Shown in pieces: positions 1 through 13,256 of a stretch of 64,000 nt of DNA (position 1 is the stretch's first letter; each line of letters begins with the position of its first letter). The notes beneath the pieces were generated by a model. That model made no database searches, was not told the origin of the DNA, and saw nothing but the letters and a program-made list of their open reading frames with translations. This DNA comes from Takakia lepidozioides (Eukaryota; Plantae; Bryophyta). Position numbers and translations under genes: made by a program. The stretch lies in assembly GCA_030704615.1 (NCBI GenBank), contig CM060731.1, forward strand, positions 12,710,001 to 12,774,000, read 5' to 3'.

Positions 1-3000
1 TTGCTGTGGAGGCAATGGTTTTTGGATCCAGGAAACGACATCGCTAGGCTTCTTACAGCTATGCACGACGTGAACAAGTAAGTCATCCAGGAGATTTCAT
101 TCCCTCTGTAGTGTCTTGTTAATCCTCAAAAAACAGTGTTAAGGAATGCAATGTTTCCAATGTTTTTGCAGATCGACAGAGAAATCGCATGTGACAACAA
201 GCTTGGTTCACACACTATTCCGAATTCAGAGGATTGGTCTGATGAAGCTGGATGATTTTCGGACAGTACTACCACCCAATATCATCAAGAAGTGCGAAAC
301 AGGAAGAGCTGCAGGCACTTGGTATTCTTTGACACGAGAGGCGTTTTCTGGAGTACATGTATGCGGTAAGCCCGAGTCTGTAATCTGTTTACTTTTCGAA
401 TACATGTTTGTAGTCCCTTCGGAGCTAATCACTACTTGAATGAATGCAGCAAGAACTGGCAGAGGCAGCTGAGAAGGGAAAATCCGAATATTACCGCACT
501 ACACCAGAAGAACTAAGGACATCAAAGGGTGTGGAAGCTGCAATAAAGAAGGAGTTTGAAATGTGAAGAACCAAATTGATGTCAGCCTTCGGAAAGCAGC
601 TTAGAATAGTAGATCCTGGACTTGGTCCTGAGTTCCTTCAGCAGATCAAAACACACTATGACAAGCATGTGCATTCGGAGATGCAGCAGGAGAAATTGCA
701 CCGGCTGGCCATATCGATGGTCGACCCACAAACAAAAATAAGGTGGCTGGAGATATGGAACTCAGATCAAACAGTAAAGGACTTGAATCAGTTCCCAAAG
801 AGCACCATACAGCCTGGCACAAAGGTGGAAGGAATCAGTGATTTGGTGTTTGATAACTGGCTCCACAAGGCTACATTTTGGAGTCAGGTGTGTATTCGAA
901 CATGCTGTTTCTTCTCTTCTTCAAGTATGTGATGTGTATCTTTTTTTGCAATTCTGACAAATATACTATTTGCAGCTCGAAAAGCGCGCCGTCATTGTGC
1001 TGGATCAACTTGAAGGACCTGAACATTGCGATTGTTTCCCCTCCCCAAATGTCATTGGAGGCATACATAAGGAAGTGGAGAGGTCTCACCTGGAGATACT
1101 GTTTTTCCTTTTTTCCGGGAGTTCTCCAAAGATGGTAACATTTTACGGTCCAACGATTTTGACAGTCAGGTTGGAGGAGAGTGGGCCATGATGCGAGTTG
1201 TGTACAGGTGCAATGTCATACTTGAAACTCTACTGTTTTTTTGGGAAAATGTGGCTTCATATGGATTGCAATCTTAGATCAGATTGAATGTCGTTGACGA
1301 CATTCACTTCTTTGTCTAAAGTCATTCTTAAGCGAGTTATGAATTCACCTGGTTAGGATCTAAGGGTGCAATTATATTGTCCCTGATTAGAATTGATATG
1401 TCCTTGAAATGGCGTTGACGATATTGTCACATACGGAGTTGTTGAGAGGTCCTCAGAGTTATTTAAATTTTTGTAATGTCCATAGAGGTTACAGTGAGGG
1501 TTCCTCACTTCATTTTGCTGAATGTCAATGCAGACATTCAGTTGTTCTGCATTGTTTTTGCCTCTTGCGATGAATGTGGAGGCTTGATAAGCTCTGTTTT
1601 AAGAAATCCAAAGTGAATGTCGTTGACGACATTCACAGCTGTGTCTGTATTATTCAACAGCGACAAATTCAATTTACATGGATTGGGGAGCTAAGTAATT
1701 GGTTTCTTTTTGTATTTTTGTGAATGGCGTTGACGCCATTCACATACAGTGATGTTGTGAGGTCCTCAGTGATAGGTTCGTTATGAATGTGCATTGAGTT
1801 TGCCTGGAGGTTCCTTACTCAATTTTTTGATTTCCATCCTGTGATTTTGCTTCATTTAAGTAATAATTTGGCTTCATTAGTGAATGTCGTTGACGACATT
1901 CACTTCTATGTCTGTGTCATTTCTAAACGATAATTTGCATTCACCTGGATTAGGGTGTATTTACAGTGTCATTGAATGGAATGTTCTGAATGGCGTTGAC
2001 GACATTCATATCTGGAGCAGTAGTGTGGTCCTGAAAGGTCCTTGGAGCAGTTCTCAGAGCCATTTCAATCTATGTTTTATTCTTTCTGTTCTACTTGCAT
2101 CTTACTCACTGAGCGCTTTTGTGGGTTGGGATTTATCTCCTTTTTTCAGGTACACGAAATATGTGCTTATGGAAGGAAATCACCTGAGCGGAATTCCCGA
2201 CTATCTTGACATGTGGTCGGACCCTGCAAACGATCCAACCATGTATACTGCAGGGATATTGAAGGACTGGAGTCCTTCTCACTTCAGAGACTGTGGGTGG
2301 TACCTTGACTGCCCACCTGAGCACACGACCTTTCAAGAACAGCATATGAAATACTTGAACAATAACGCTGAGATGCTGGCGCCTTTGACTGACGAAGAGT
2401 ATCAACGAAACATAGCAACATTGGCTGCCAAGGAGCCTGATGCTCAGGGAACGCCGCAGAAGGGAAAGAAGGCGGGCCGCAAACCAAAAGACAAGGCTGT
2501 TGATGTCATAGCCATCTCACCAGCAAAGCCAAAGGACAAAGACAAGTCCAAAGAGAAGGAAAAGGACAAGGGGAAGGAGAATGAAAAGGAGATGGAGAGT
2601 GGGCAGGACTTTACTGCTGGAAGATATACCCGCACTCTTCAGTGCGTGTTCGATGCCAAGCCACACCCTTCCCGTTCTGATTCAGCAGGAGAGATGAAAA
2701 TTGTTAATGAGGGTTGGCTTTCGATGATGCAGAGTCGAAAGAGAGGATACACTGGGGTGCCATCCCTACCTGGGACAATATAATCTCATTCCTCAATCTG
2801 GTGAGAATTCCAGTTTCTTTCCTTTTTCTCTGAAAGTTTCGTTGGCAGTATTTCAGTCTCGTTCTTTGAAAACATCTTGCCATCGTTCTTATAAAAAACA
2901 TGTCTGTTGCAGGTGAGCACAGGTCCCACCTTCGTGTGCGGTGTGCAGAAAACTTATGCGGCCGACATTGTCATTCTCGACATCCCGGATGGCCAGTGCC

Positions 3001-3995
3001 AGAAGTTCTCCAAAGGGCAAGACGCCAGGCTGGAACAAATTCGAGGACAACTACTGGAGTTGGGTGTTCGGGTTCTGTAACAATTTCCTCTCTGATGCAG
3101 GGACACTTCTGCTTTTTCAGTCATGTGACAATGATAGTCGTCGGGCATTGGCATCATACCTCAAGTCTTCAGGGTTTGAAGTTTTGCGCACATGGAATTG
3201 TGTGAACAGCCTCTACCTTGTGAAAGGGGGTTTCCCTGGTCAGCTGGTATGCGTCTCCCTTCTGCTTGTGCTTTGATCATGAGTTTCAATTTTCTCTGCA
3301 GCTCCACTCTAGTAAATCACCGATTCATGATTTTTTTGTGTCAGAGTTCTGAATAGCCGATGTACACACTTCCACTATAGATTGTGTTTACCACACTAAC
3401 CTGCTATCTTTGCCAGACGAGGATGTTCGAGGCGATCTGCCTGCGGAGGATTCGCACATCAAAGACACCATCCTCCATCCGCAGCTTTGAGATTTCTGAC
3501 CAGGGTTGTTTCGTCAACCCCCCCTATGAGCCCCATGTCGATGACATTTTGTACAACTTCATGCAGTCCAGTCAGACTCTGAAGAGACCAGATGGCACTC
3601 CCTGGAGAGGTGCAAAGGAAAAGTCACCAGCATTCATGCAAATACTGCTGGAGTCATGCAGCCACCGCTCTGCACGGGTGGTCGATCTTTCTGTGTCCAC
3701 AGGTTCGTTTTTTCCCTTCCGAATTGGTTTCCTTTCAACAGTTTCATCTGCTTAAATCCCCCCCTCCAAACTGTTCATGTTCTCCTGTCTGGTGCAGGAG
3801 CAACTTACCACGCATGCAAGGCAGGCGGAAGAAGCCTTTTTGGCATGGAGGGTGATTCTGACCTCTACAACCGTGCTCCTCCCCCTTTTGTCTGGCTCCA
3901 CTTCAGGCACACAGACTGATCGGATTCAATTCGAAATGATGACGATCCCGAAGATAAGCAGGTCGACAACGACTTTTCATGTGAGTAAGTGCTAA
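1..3995 (+). pseudogene. Multi-exon gene (5' end outside window): large unknown N-terminal region plus C-terminal beta-class N4C/N6A DNA methyltransferase-like domain; frameshifted
   Basis: GT-AG introns (78-171, acceptor 2148-2149, donor after 3702). Motif IV-like ADIVILDIPDG at 2961-2993, followed by FCNNFLSDAGTLLLF (cf. RVLKPGGSL), KEKSPAFMQILLESCSHRSARVVDLSVSTG (cf. QKPxxLLxxLIxxSSxxGDxVLDPFxGSG) and ATYHACKAGGRSLFGME. Motif IV precedes motif I, as in beta-class enzymes. Frameshifts near 2995-3010. Confidence 0.75.
1285..2008. repeat. Array of ~7 imperfect 22-bp palindromes (TGAATGTCGTTGACGACATTCA) within a ~300-bp higher-order repeat, inside an intron
   Basis: Copies at 1285, ~1406, 1519, 1614, 1721, 1881 and 1987. 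Confidence 0.9.
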
Positions 3996-4429
3996 ACCCT
4001 CTTTGGGAGTCATACTCAATTTCTCGATAACATCAAAGTTACAGTAATAACTTTTTCAGGCTGTCTTTCAGGAAAGGCAGCGGTGGATCTTCAGGAGATA
4101 CAGTCATTTCTGGCGAGTCTGTTTTCGACAGCCCCCTTTCCAATTTTCTGCTTCCTGTTTATGCGAAGCAATGGCACTTCACGCGGCCGAGTCCCTATCC
4201 CCTGACTTTTTAGTGGCCAGCCGTAGGTGTATCCAGCGTGGATCCGGTGTTCTAAAATACTTAGATGCAGAGGAAGAGGGGATACATTGTACTGACTCTG
4301 AGTCAGACTGAACTGTATTCTTTTAATATTCATTTTCATATTATCTGGAAAACGTTGAATCCCTTTCCTCCACCGTAGTTGTTCCTTTAGAACAATAATA
4401 ATCACAGAATCAACTTTCGTTTAAATTGC

Positions 4430-4800
4430 TATATGTATGAATCCATCTCACAAACCTTCCTGACTCTTCTCATATCCATTGTGCATTCATCTACACTGTA
4501 TTCATGCGTGCTCCATTCATGAAAGCTTCCTTTGTACAACATCCATTGTACATTCATCCTCTGTACTCTTTAATCCACCCCACAAACCTTCCACACTCAT
4601 TTCATATACGTTGTGCATTCGTCAAAAGATTTGGTCATGCATCTTCCTGTCATGAATTTTTGTCATTGCTCAACATCCATTATATTCATCCATTTTACTC
4701 TTATCCATCCGTCATTCATCCATCTACATACATTTTTCACACTCATCCATCTGTTTATCATCCAACTGTACATTCATCCATCCTTTATTCAATGCCTTTT
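4430..4800. repeat. Low-complexity CATC/CATCCAT-rich tract
   Basis: Repeated catccat/cattcat words; explains the spurious His/Pro/Ser-rich ORF 4504-4953. Confidence 0.7.
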
Positions 4801-6049
4801 ATTATGTCGTCCAGCTTGTTTCCGCGGGTAAAGGGTGCCAATCCGCGGGAATACACTCCACTTCTTTTTGGGCGCGTGGTGACGCGGCCTTCACGTGTGA
4901 TGACGTGGACTGAGCCCCGTGACGTGGCATTTGCGCAAGGTGACGTGGCGTGAGCGCAGTTGCGCTCACGTGACCAGGCTCACGCCGAGGCATCCCTGTA
5001 GTTCCATGAACCTCCATTGTCCAGTACTTGGAAAGGTACAGGGACGGTTGGTCAAAACTTTGGTAGTATAACTCGTCAGATCCTCCTCAATGGATCCACG
5101 TAAACAATGTTGTGTGGACAATGCCTCCACGAAAAAATACGACAAGGAATAGCACTAAGAGAATTGCTGCCGCCAAAGCAGTGAAGGCGCGCGCTAATTT
5201 GGAGGAGGCTAATCATTAGTCAGAAAGCGAGTCGTGCGAGCGAGTTCCAGACCAAGGACAAATTGTTGAGGTCAACTCTAGTACTTCGATTTAAGAAATA
5301 AATTTTGTCTTCTCTATATTGCCCTTCTTGTTTGCGTCGGGGGATCCTTTTTGTTATCTTCTTATGTCGCACTGAACCTTGAGTGTCCAGTGGACGTTCT
5401 CATCCTTTGTTCTGGTGTGCTGGATTCTGGCCTGCTGTACATTCTGGTCAACAAAGAAAACCTTGTGGGGGAGTTTGGCCTACATAACATACAGATCACA
5501 AGAACAAAAATGGCGGGCATGACCATTGGAGTCTTCAAACTTGGTCAAAGTGGTTTTTAACAACGAAAGAAAATGGCCCATTTCTAGTTCTTCTCTCTAA
5601 GATTGAACTTGCTTTTCGCATAACCAATTATCCCACTGAAGTCTCCCACTAGGAGGAGCCTTACCCAATCGTTGTTGACATACTTTTCAATTTGCCAGTC
5701 GTGAAGTTTTTTCTCTGAGGTTTTCCTCCATTTTCCCTCTAAGCTCTACGACTTTTCTGCACCAAATTTTCATTTCATTTCATTTTTATACTTCTCATCT
5801 TTGGCCCTGGTTTAAGAGGGAATTTCACTTGTCATTTTTTGTTGTTCAAATTTTAAGCAATTTTCATTTCTCATAGTTTTTATTTGGTGGTCTGACTTTT
5901 TATCCTCTCTTATGTTTTCTTCGGATCCATTTTCTCCCGTGAGAACTAGACGCTTCCCAAAGTCGTTATATAACGCCATTTTCTTTCCAAATCTCATAGG
6001 GTGTACTTTCAGCTCTTTTTTTGGCAATTTAGGATTTAGGATTGACAAA

Positions 6050-7170
6050 CATTTTTTATACCTTGCTTTTTATGTTAGCATTACCCCTAACCCCTACCCT
6101 TTTCTGCAAATGGCCCATGAACTATTCATACCATAACCATAACCATTATGGTTATTGAAATGTCTTCTCCTTTCGCTAGGTTTTTCCTTTGTTTTGGATT
6201 GACATGCACTTAGGCATGTTACAGTTTGCTTTCTATATTACATCTTAATATCAGGTTCCAAGGACGAGTCTTTCATTTAAATACTTGTCCATAATATTAG
6301 GTTCTTCATTTTTATTTTGCTTACTAGTGCCCTACTAACAACACTAAGTTCTAGCGAATGGAGTCTTCCACAACCATTATGGTTATCAAAATCTCTTCAA
6401 TGTTACATCCAAATTCTCATTTTGTACCCTACTAACACACACTAAGTTGTAGCAAGTGCGAGTCTTCCGACATGTATGCTCACCATTTCTGCCTTCAACC
6501 TTCGTCGGAAACCCTAAACAAAACCCTACGCCATTGTTACGTCTAAACCCTTACCCTTCCCCTGCAAATGGGAATGAAGTATCCATACCATAACCATATG
6601 TATCTTAATACCAAGTTCCAAGGACGAATCCTCAATCTAAATACTTCTCTGGCCCAATGACTCTTCCATAATATTTGTTTATCTATTTTTATTTTTATTT
6701 TTTATCCTACTAACACACACCAAGTTCTAGCGAGTGTGAGTCTTCCATATTTGTTTGTCCATTTGTACCTTAAACCCAAACTGAAAACCCTACCTTTACC
6801 ATCACCCCTAAACCATTAATCTTACCATAAACCAATAACTTTAGTGTACTACCCTAGTTACACTCCAAACCTTATTGTACTACCATGTTACATCTTCTCG
6901 ATGTTTCATGCTCTTTTAATATTTTCTTTTGTTGGATAAGGTATGATAGAATGATTACAGGGATATCAAATTCCTCAACCATTTCTTAATTCTACCGAGT
7001 GTGAGTCCATCATATTTGTTTGTCCTTTTGTACCCTAAATCCAAACCCTAAACCCTTACCCTTACTGTAAACCCAAACATTATTGCACTTCTCTCTAGTT
7101 ACACCCCAAACCTTATTGTACTACCCTAGTACCTCTTCCGAATGTTTCATGCTATTCTAATATTTTATTG
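6050..7170. repeat. Degenerate multi-unit repeat rich in telobox-like AAACCCT words
   Basis: Recurring blocks (ctactaacacacac-aagttctagcgagtgtgagtc; accataaccat; aaaccctaaa) near 6330, 6430, 6710 and 6990. Confidence 0.65.
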
Positions 7171-7604
7171 CCCTTGTCAGATCCAAAACATGATTCATTC
7201 CAATGGCGTGGTATGTGAACATTGTGCTTCATATGAAGATTCAATCAATAAAATTACTAGCAAGTTGTATTGAGTATGGTAGAGTAGGAGTCTGACCCAT
7301 GTTCGATGCGACCCATTTGTTTATCGTGATCCTGCAATGGAATATTACATTATTCGACTTCCAAGTGGACGTTCAATGAATTGTTCAATACTGCTACTTC
7401 ACATTGAGCAACTCAATGTCAAATAGACCTCTTATATGACACATTTTGAAACAAGTATGACATCACCTGTAATTTCACAATGTTCAATCACATATTACAC
7501 CATGATATTATTAATATTTCAATTAATTTTAATTCAAATATATATTAAGTTTAGTCCGGATTTAAGCCAAAAGTCCAGAATTATTAAAATAATGTTAGTT
7601 GCAG

Positions 7605-8880
7605 GCTAAGTTTGCCAAAGGTTTCAAAGCAATTGATCCTGATGCTATGATCAAGATCATGAATGGTGGTGATCGAAATTCCAGCCGCAAGGACAAGTGG
7701 GAAAAGACACGCTTCGCCGTATGGCAGAAATTCCGGGGAATTCCAGAAACATCAATTGAAGATTTATTTGAAGTTGATTGCAAAGCTCTTGTCGATCAGT
7801 TCTATGATTTTTTCTTGATGGTCTTGAAAACAAATGGGAAGCCCTATCCAGCAGAAACTGTTGGATCACTTTTTCCGAGGTTTGGGAAGATGCATTAGAG
7901 CATGTTGCGAGAAGAATCAAGTGGAGTCTGGTGTAGCTCAAGTGCCGTTCTGCATCTACACTGATCCACGCTTTTCTAAGGCGAAATTGGCCTATGAAAG
8001 TGCTATACGAAAAAGCGTTGAGCTAGGTATGGGCCTTTAGAGGAAATCATCGCCTGCTCTCACTTATGGAGATGAGGCTGCCATGCTTACTCATCAGGAT
8101 TTCAGTACAGTGACACTTAGAGGCTGCTCCTTGAGAATTGCCTACTTCTGCACCAGAAATTTCTTTGTTCGCGGTGGTTCTGAACTCTACCGTTTGCGGG
8201 AATGCGACTTCACATTTGGCAATGATGAGTTCGGCCAGTATGTCCTGTAAGTAATCTGTTTCCTTATGTTCTTGTTTGTTTAAGTTTAATATATGGTAAA
8301 TATATTATGAATATAATATTGCATGTTGAATGCTTCTCTGCAAGTTTCAAGAAAGAGCTGGAACAAAAAACTGGAAAGTGACAATAACCAAGTGTCAACC
8401 TGAGAAGTTACGACGACCAGTGAAGTATTACATTGCAGATGTTTATGATACGTTCATGACATTCTACGAACACCGTCCATCTCTTCATGAGGATCCAAAT
8501 GGTGAGTCTCTTCCTCTGTTTTTGAGAGCTGCGGAGCTTCCTGACATGAAAAAACCCGGCATATGGTATACACGACAACGTATTGGAGAGAAAACCATTG
8601 GTACGTGGGTGAAAAAAATGGTTGCAGTTGTTCCAGATCTTCCTGATGGAATTACTCCAACAAGACTGGGCGAGTAACCGGCTGTAGACGTATGAAATAG
8701 CAATGAGAACCACATGACATCAATCTCATGAGGCTTTCATGCGTTATGACTCTGACAAGGAGGGTGTGTATGATAGGGCGGTGCAGAATATTATCAGTGG
8801 AGAGGTTGGTGCTGGTGGCGACATAAGTTGGAATGAAGCTCTACGGGTTGAGACAGAACGGTACAAAGAAGCGCAAATTA
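7605..8880 (+). mobile_element. Crypton-like (DUF3504-type) tyrosine recombinase, pseudogenised
   Basis: Joining frames gives RIAYFCTRNFFVRGGSELYRL (catalytic R at 8170), WYTRQRIGEKTIGTWVKKM, NYSNKTGRVTG (HxxR position, 8650-8680) and RTT*HQSHEAFMRY (TGH...Y box, 8705-8750). Intron at 8247-~8343. Stops and frameshifts present. Confidence 0.75.
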
Positions 8881-11427
8881 AAAAATCGTACAGGTGTTGA
8901 TGGAGTAGCATCCGAGGTTAATAAGGATTTATGTCGTTTGTCTATTGCAGGATCCAACGGCACAAAAACTGATAATATAGCCAACTTACCATCAATGCCA
9001 GTTCATATGGATGTTGAGAACCATGTTCCAGGCGTTTCTGTTTCTGTCCCTGAACTAGTTCATTCGCCTCAGCGTGTTCTTAAGAGAACCAGAAGTCATG
9101 GAGATGAAATGAACGTTGATGAGAAAGAGATACAAGTATGTGGCATTTCTCAAAATTCAATGGTCTGGACGACATCTTCTCATAACTGTTCCATGTCACT
9201 AATAGCCCGCGAGCCTGCTGAACCAACGGGTCTACCGAGGCCTGCTCCAGAGCGTAACTGGTGTTTCCACCGTGCTGCTCATTGCTCTTCCAGAAAATGT
9301 CCCTTATTTGTGCCCTACCGTTAACGTACAGGAACGGGCCTCTAAAACAACTGGAAACAGACACCAAAACCGGTTACGTATAGGGGCAGGCCCCGAGTGG
9401 AGGGCATTCCTCGATATAAGGGCACTGCCACACAGCGGGAGCCCGATGCACTGCCCCAAACTAGAGGAATGCTCGACACGAGGGGTCTTCCCTTGCCAGT
9501 GTTTTTTTTTTTCATATCTCCAAAATCACTGGCGAGGCCACCTGTGTATTCCACCCAGTACCCATGTGGTGAGAATATCGAGGTGACAAAGTTAGAAAAC
9601 TGGCTTATTCCAGGTGTCATGTTTTCATTGGTCCACGTCGGCAAGATTAGGCTATGAAATTATCTCCTGGTGTTTCTGGCGGAAATCTCGGATTTTACCC
9701 CAAAAATTTATGAAGCGAGACGTTTGTTTGTTGGCTCTGTCCTTTCAGGGCAGAGACTTTACATCATGTTGAAGTCAATGGACCTTACACTGTGTCAAGA
9801 GTATGATTGGTCTAAATTTTTTTTTAATATAAACTACGTGGCAGCTTGTGAAAATTGTTGCTTCAATGGACAGAGCCCCTTGCGGTTTGTGTCTTGTTTG
9901 TTTTGTTTTGTTTTGTAGCGTTGAGATGTCCCAAACCACAAGGCCCTAGCCCTGGTGCTTGATACCATTGGAAAGCCCTCAATGAGGAGGGGTGCGCCGG
10001 CTTGGTCTCCTGATTTTTGGACCTACGGTGTGGGAGATGTTGAATTTCAAGTACTTTTGGTCGCTGAAAATTTGCGAAAAATAGCAAAGTGGGAGTTCCT
10101 GGGACAATGATTAGAGCCTTGACATGAGATATATCAATAATGATTGGAAAAAGATAAATTGGGCCTTGACATTTGACATGGGAGACATACTTGGATACAT
10201 AAGAGATTGCACTTGGGCTTAGATGACACTGGACACTTGGGCCTTTACATGGGAGATGCACTTGGATACATGAATAGAACTTAGATTTCAATTCTTTACA
10301 CATGGGCAAATGACACAAGCTACCCTAGAGGTCGCATTTGGGCCTCAACATAGGAGACGCACTGGGATACATAGGAAATTGCACTTGGTCTTAGATTTCA
10401 ATTCTTCACACATAGGCCAAAGACACAAGCTACCCTAGAGATCACGCTAAGGCCTCGACATAGGAGACATACTCGGATACATAGAAGATCTTATACTTGG
10501 GCTTTAGATGACACTGAACACTTGGCCCAACGACACAAGCTACCCTAGAGGTCGCATTTGGGCCGGAGTCGCACTTGGATACATAAGGGATTGCACTAGA
10601 CTTAGATGACACAAGACATTTGGGCCAACGGCACCGGCTAACCTAGAGGTCACATTTGGGCCTCGACATAGGAGATGCACTGGATACATACGGGATTGCA
10701 CTTGGGCCAATGGCACAGGCTACCCTAGTCAATATATGAAAGAAGCCAGTTTGTTTTGTTTTGTAGCATTGAGATGTCCCAAACCGCAAGGCCCCAACCC
10801 TGGGGCTTGGTACCATTCGAAAGCCCTCGACGAGGAGGGATGCACGAGCTTGGTCTCATCATTTTTGGACCTGCGGTGTGGGAGATATGGAATTCCAAGT
10901 ACTTTTGGTGGCTGGAAATTCACAAAAAATAGCAAAATGGCTTTCCTAGGACAATGATTGGAGCCTCGACAAGAGTCTAGATATCAAGGGAAAGGTCTCC
11001 GGTTCAAATCTGTCGTAGGCTCTCTGGAAAAAAAATGATGAGATATGGCTAAAATGAATTTCAAGTATTTTTGATCGCTGGACAATGGTTGGAGCCTCGA
11101 CAAAAGGTTTCCGGTTCAAATCTGGTCCTAGGCTTTGTTGAAAAAAAATGATGAGATATGACTTGCTTCATATATTGATGTACTTGGACTTAGATGACAT
11201 TGGACACTTTGGGCCCACAACACATGCTACCCTAGAGGTCGCATTTGGGCCTCAACATAGGAGATGCACTTTGATACATATAGGAATGCACTTGGACTTA
11301 GATGACACTGGACTGGGGCGCGACATATGCTAGCCTAGTCAATATATGAAGCAAGACGTTGTTTGTTTGTTTGTTTGTTTTGTTTGTGTTGTCACGTTGA
11401 GATGTTCCAAACGAGGAGGCCGCAGCC

Positions 11428-13256
11428 TGTACGAAAACGAGAGATCTACATTTCTACAGTCCATAGAAGACGATATAGAGTATAATAAGAGAGATTGTCT
11501 TATTACATTTTTGTGTCGTTTTATACATGCTAGAAAATCGTGTCTCTTGACACCACATCCAATCCTATTTTAGTAGTCACACCTATTCCCTATAATTGTG
11601 ACCTTTCACTATTGAGTTATGACTCTTGAAATGTCCTTTCATATATTAGATGAATGTCCACTCGATGAATGTTGAGGTTGAATACTCAACACCCTCCCTC
11701 AAGCCGAAACATTCATTTTTTTTCCCTTGAGCTTTGTCATTCGATCTAAGTTGCTGCTCAGTAATTTGAGGCACTAATTTATCCAGATTAGTCCTTATTT
11801 CTAGACTCATAGTAGAGTTGAGAGACTCATACTATTCTTTAGAAGTCTACTCACATACTTTGAATATTCTAGGCTTATAATAGAGTTGAGAAACTCCTAC
11901 TATTCTTTAGAATGATGTTTCTTTAAAACAACTGAATGTATGGTGTATTAGTGACACAATTAACAGCTTGATTCCTTGCATCCGCCAATTTCTTCCGACT
12001 CTCCCGAGCCCACTGAGATGGTTTCTTACAGTAATTACAAATCCCAGATCTTTTAGAATTTCTTGAGTTTGTAAAGAAATGACAACCAGCATGTAGCCCA
12101 GTGGTAATGGGCACATACCACGTTGGATGTGGTTGTGGGTTCAAACCACCGTCTGGTGTGTCATGAAGGTGTCCACCTTCCTGTTATAAGAGGTAAAAAA
12201 ATAAAAAAGAATTGGTCTAAAAAAGAAAAGAAAAAAAGAAAAAAAGAAAGCCATTTAATTATTATTGGAGCTAGATGTATCTTCATCAGTGTTTTTTTTC
12301 ATTAGCTCTTCTTGTAATAGATGTGTAATTAATATTTGTAGTGTTATATTAGGCATACAACGCAAAGAAACAACAAGTCCTTGGTAGCTTTTGGGTAGAC
12401 TGCACATTAGTGCCAATGTACTGTCCTCCTCAGTAACTGTTGATCCAGCACCTGCAAGTTGTTCAAGTAAAGTCTTAAAACTGATAATATGATCAGATAT
12501 ATTACCATCTTCTTCATTATCAATTATAAGTCTCTCTCTCTCTCTCCATGAAATCTACATGGTATTAGAGCCTTGGTAGTTAGAAAGAGAAAGACATGAC
12601 TACATCAACCTTTAGTGCAAGTATAGAAAAGTTTGATGGGTCTAACTTTCATGTCTGGAAGCATATAATATCTCTGTTGCTCAAAAAAGAAAAGGTTTGG
12701 AGAATTGTCGATGGTAGTGAAATACGTCCAGTAACTCCAATTGCCTCATCATCCTCATCTAGTCAAGCTCCTCTCCCAGCCACGGGAACAGGCAGTAAAT
12801 AGATTGGGATCAAAGAAATATAGATACATTAAATATGCTAAGTGCATGTTTGAAAAATTCACAAGTGTTTGTAATACTGCCACCTATACAATCTGATCTC
12901 TTATTATACTTTATATCATCTTCTATTGACTGTAGAAATGTACATTTCTTGTTTCGTACATGGTATCAGACCTTGGTAGTTAGAAAGAGAATATACGAAA
13001 ACGAGAGATCTATATTTCTACAGTCAATAGAAGACGATATAGAGTATAATAAGAGAGATTGTATTATTACATTTTTTGTGTCTTTTTATACATGCTAGAA
13101 AATCGTGTCTCTTGACACCACAACCAATCCTATTTTAGTAGTCACACCTATTCCCTATAGTTGTGACCTATCACTGTTGAGTTATGACTCTTGAAATGTC
13201 CTTTCATATATTAGATGAATGTCCACTTGATGAATGTTGAGGTTGAATACTCAACA
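11428..13256 (-). mobile_element. Internally deleted and rearranged Ty1/Copia LTR retrotransposon
   Basis: Direct LTRs 11428-11691 and 12992-13256 (~265 bp). 5-bp TSD CAGCC at 11423-11427 and 13257-13261. PPT (ccctccctcaag on +) next to 11691. UBN2-type gag remnant on - at 12360-12530. tRNA-iMet PBS (TGGTATCAGA-type) and gag start (IEKFDGSNFHVWK) on + at 12560-12800. Confidence 0.9.
12085..12250 (+). mobile_element. Putative tRNA-derived SINE inserted in the Copia
   Basis: A box TAGCCCAGTGG (12094-12104), B box GGTTCAAACC (12138-12147), A-rich tail 12195-12250. Confidence 0.55.

Noticed and set aside
1884-2149. N-terminal part of the 299-aa ORF
   Set aside because: Intronic repeat sequence; the coding exon starts after the AG at 2148-2149.
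4504-4953. 149-aa His-rich ORF
   Set aside because: Product of low-complexity CATC repeats.
12085-12155. tRNA gene
   Set aside because: A and B boxes are present, but there is no convincing cloverleaf and an A-rich tail follows; treated as a SINE.
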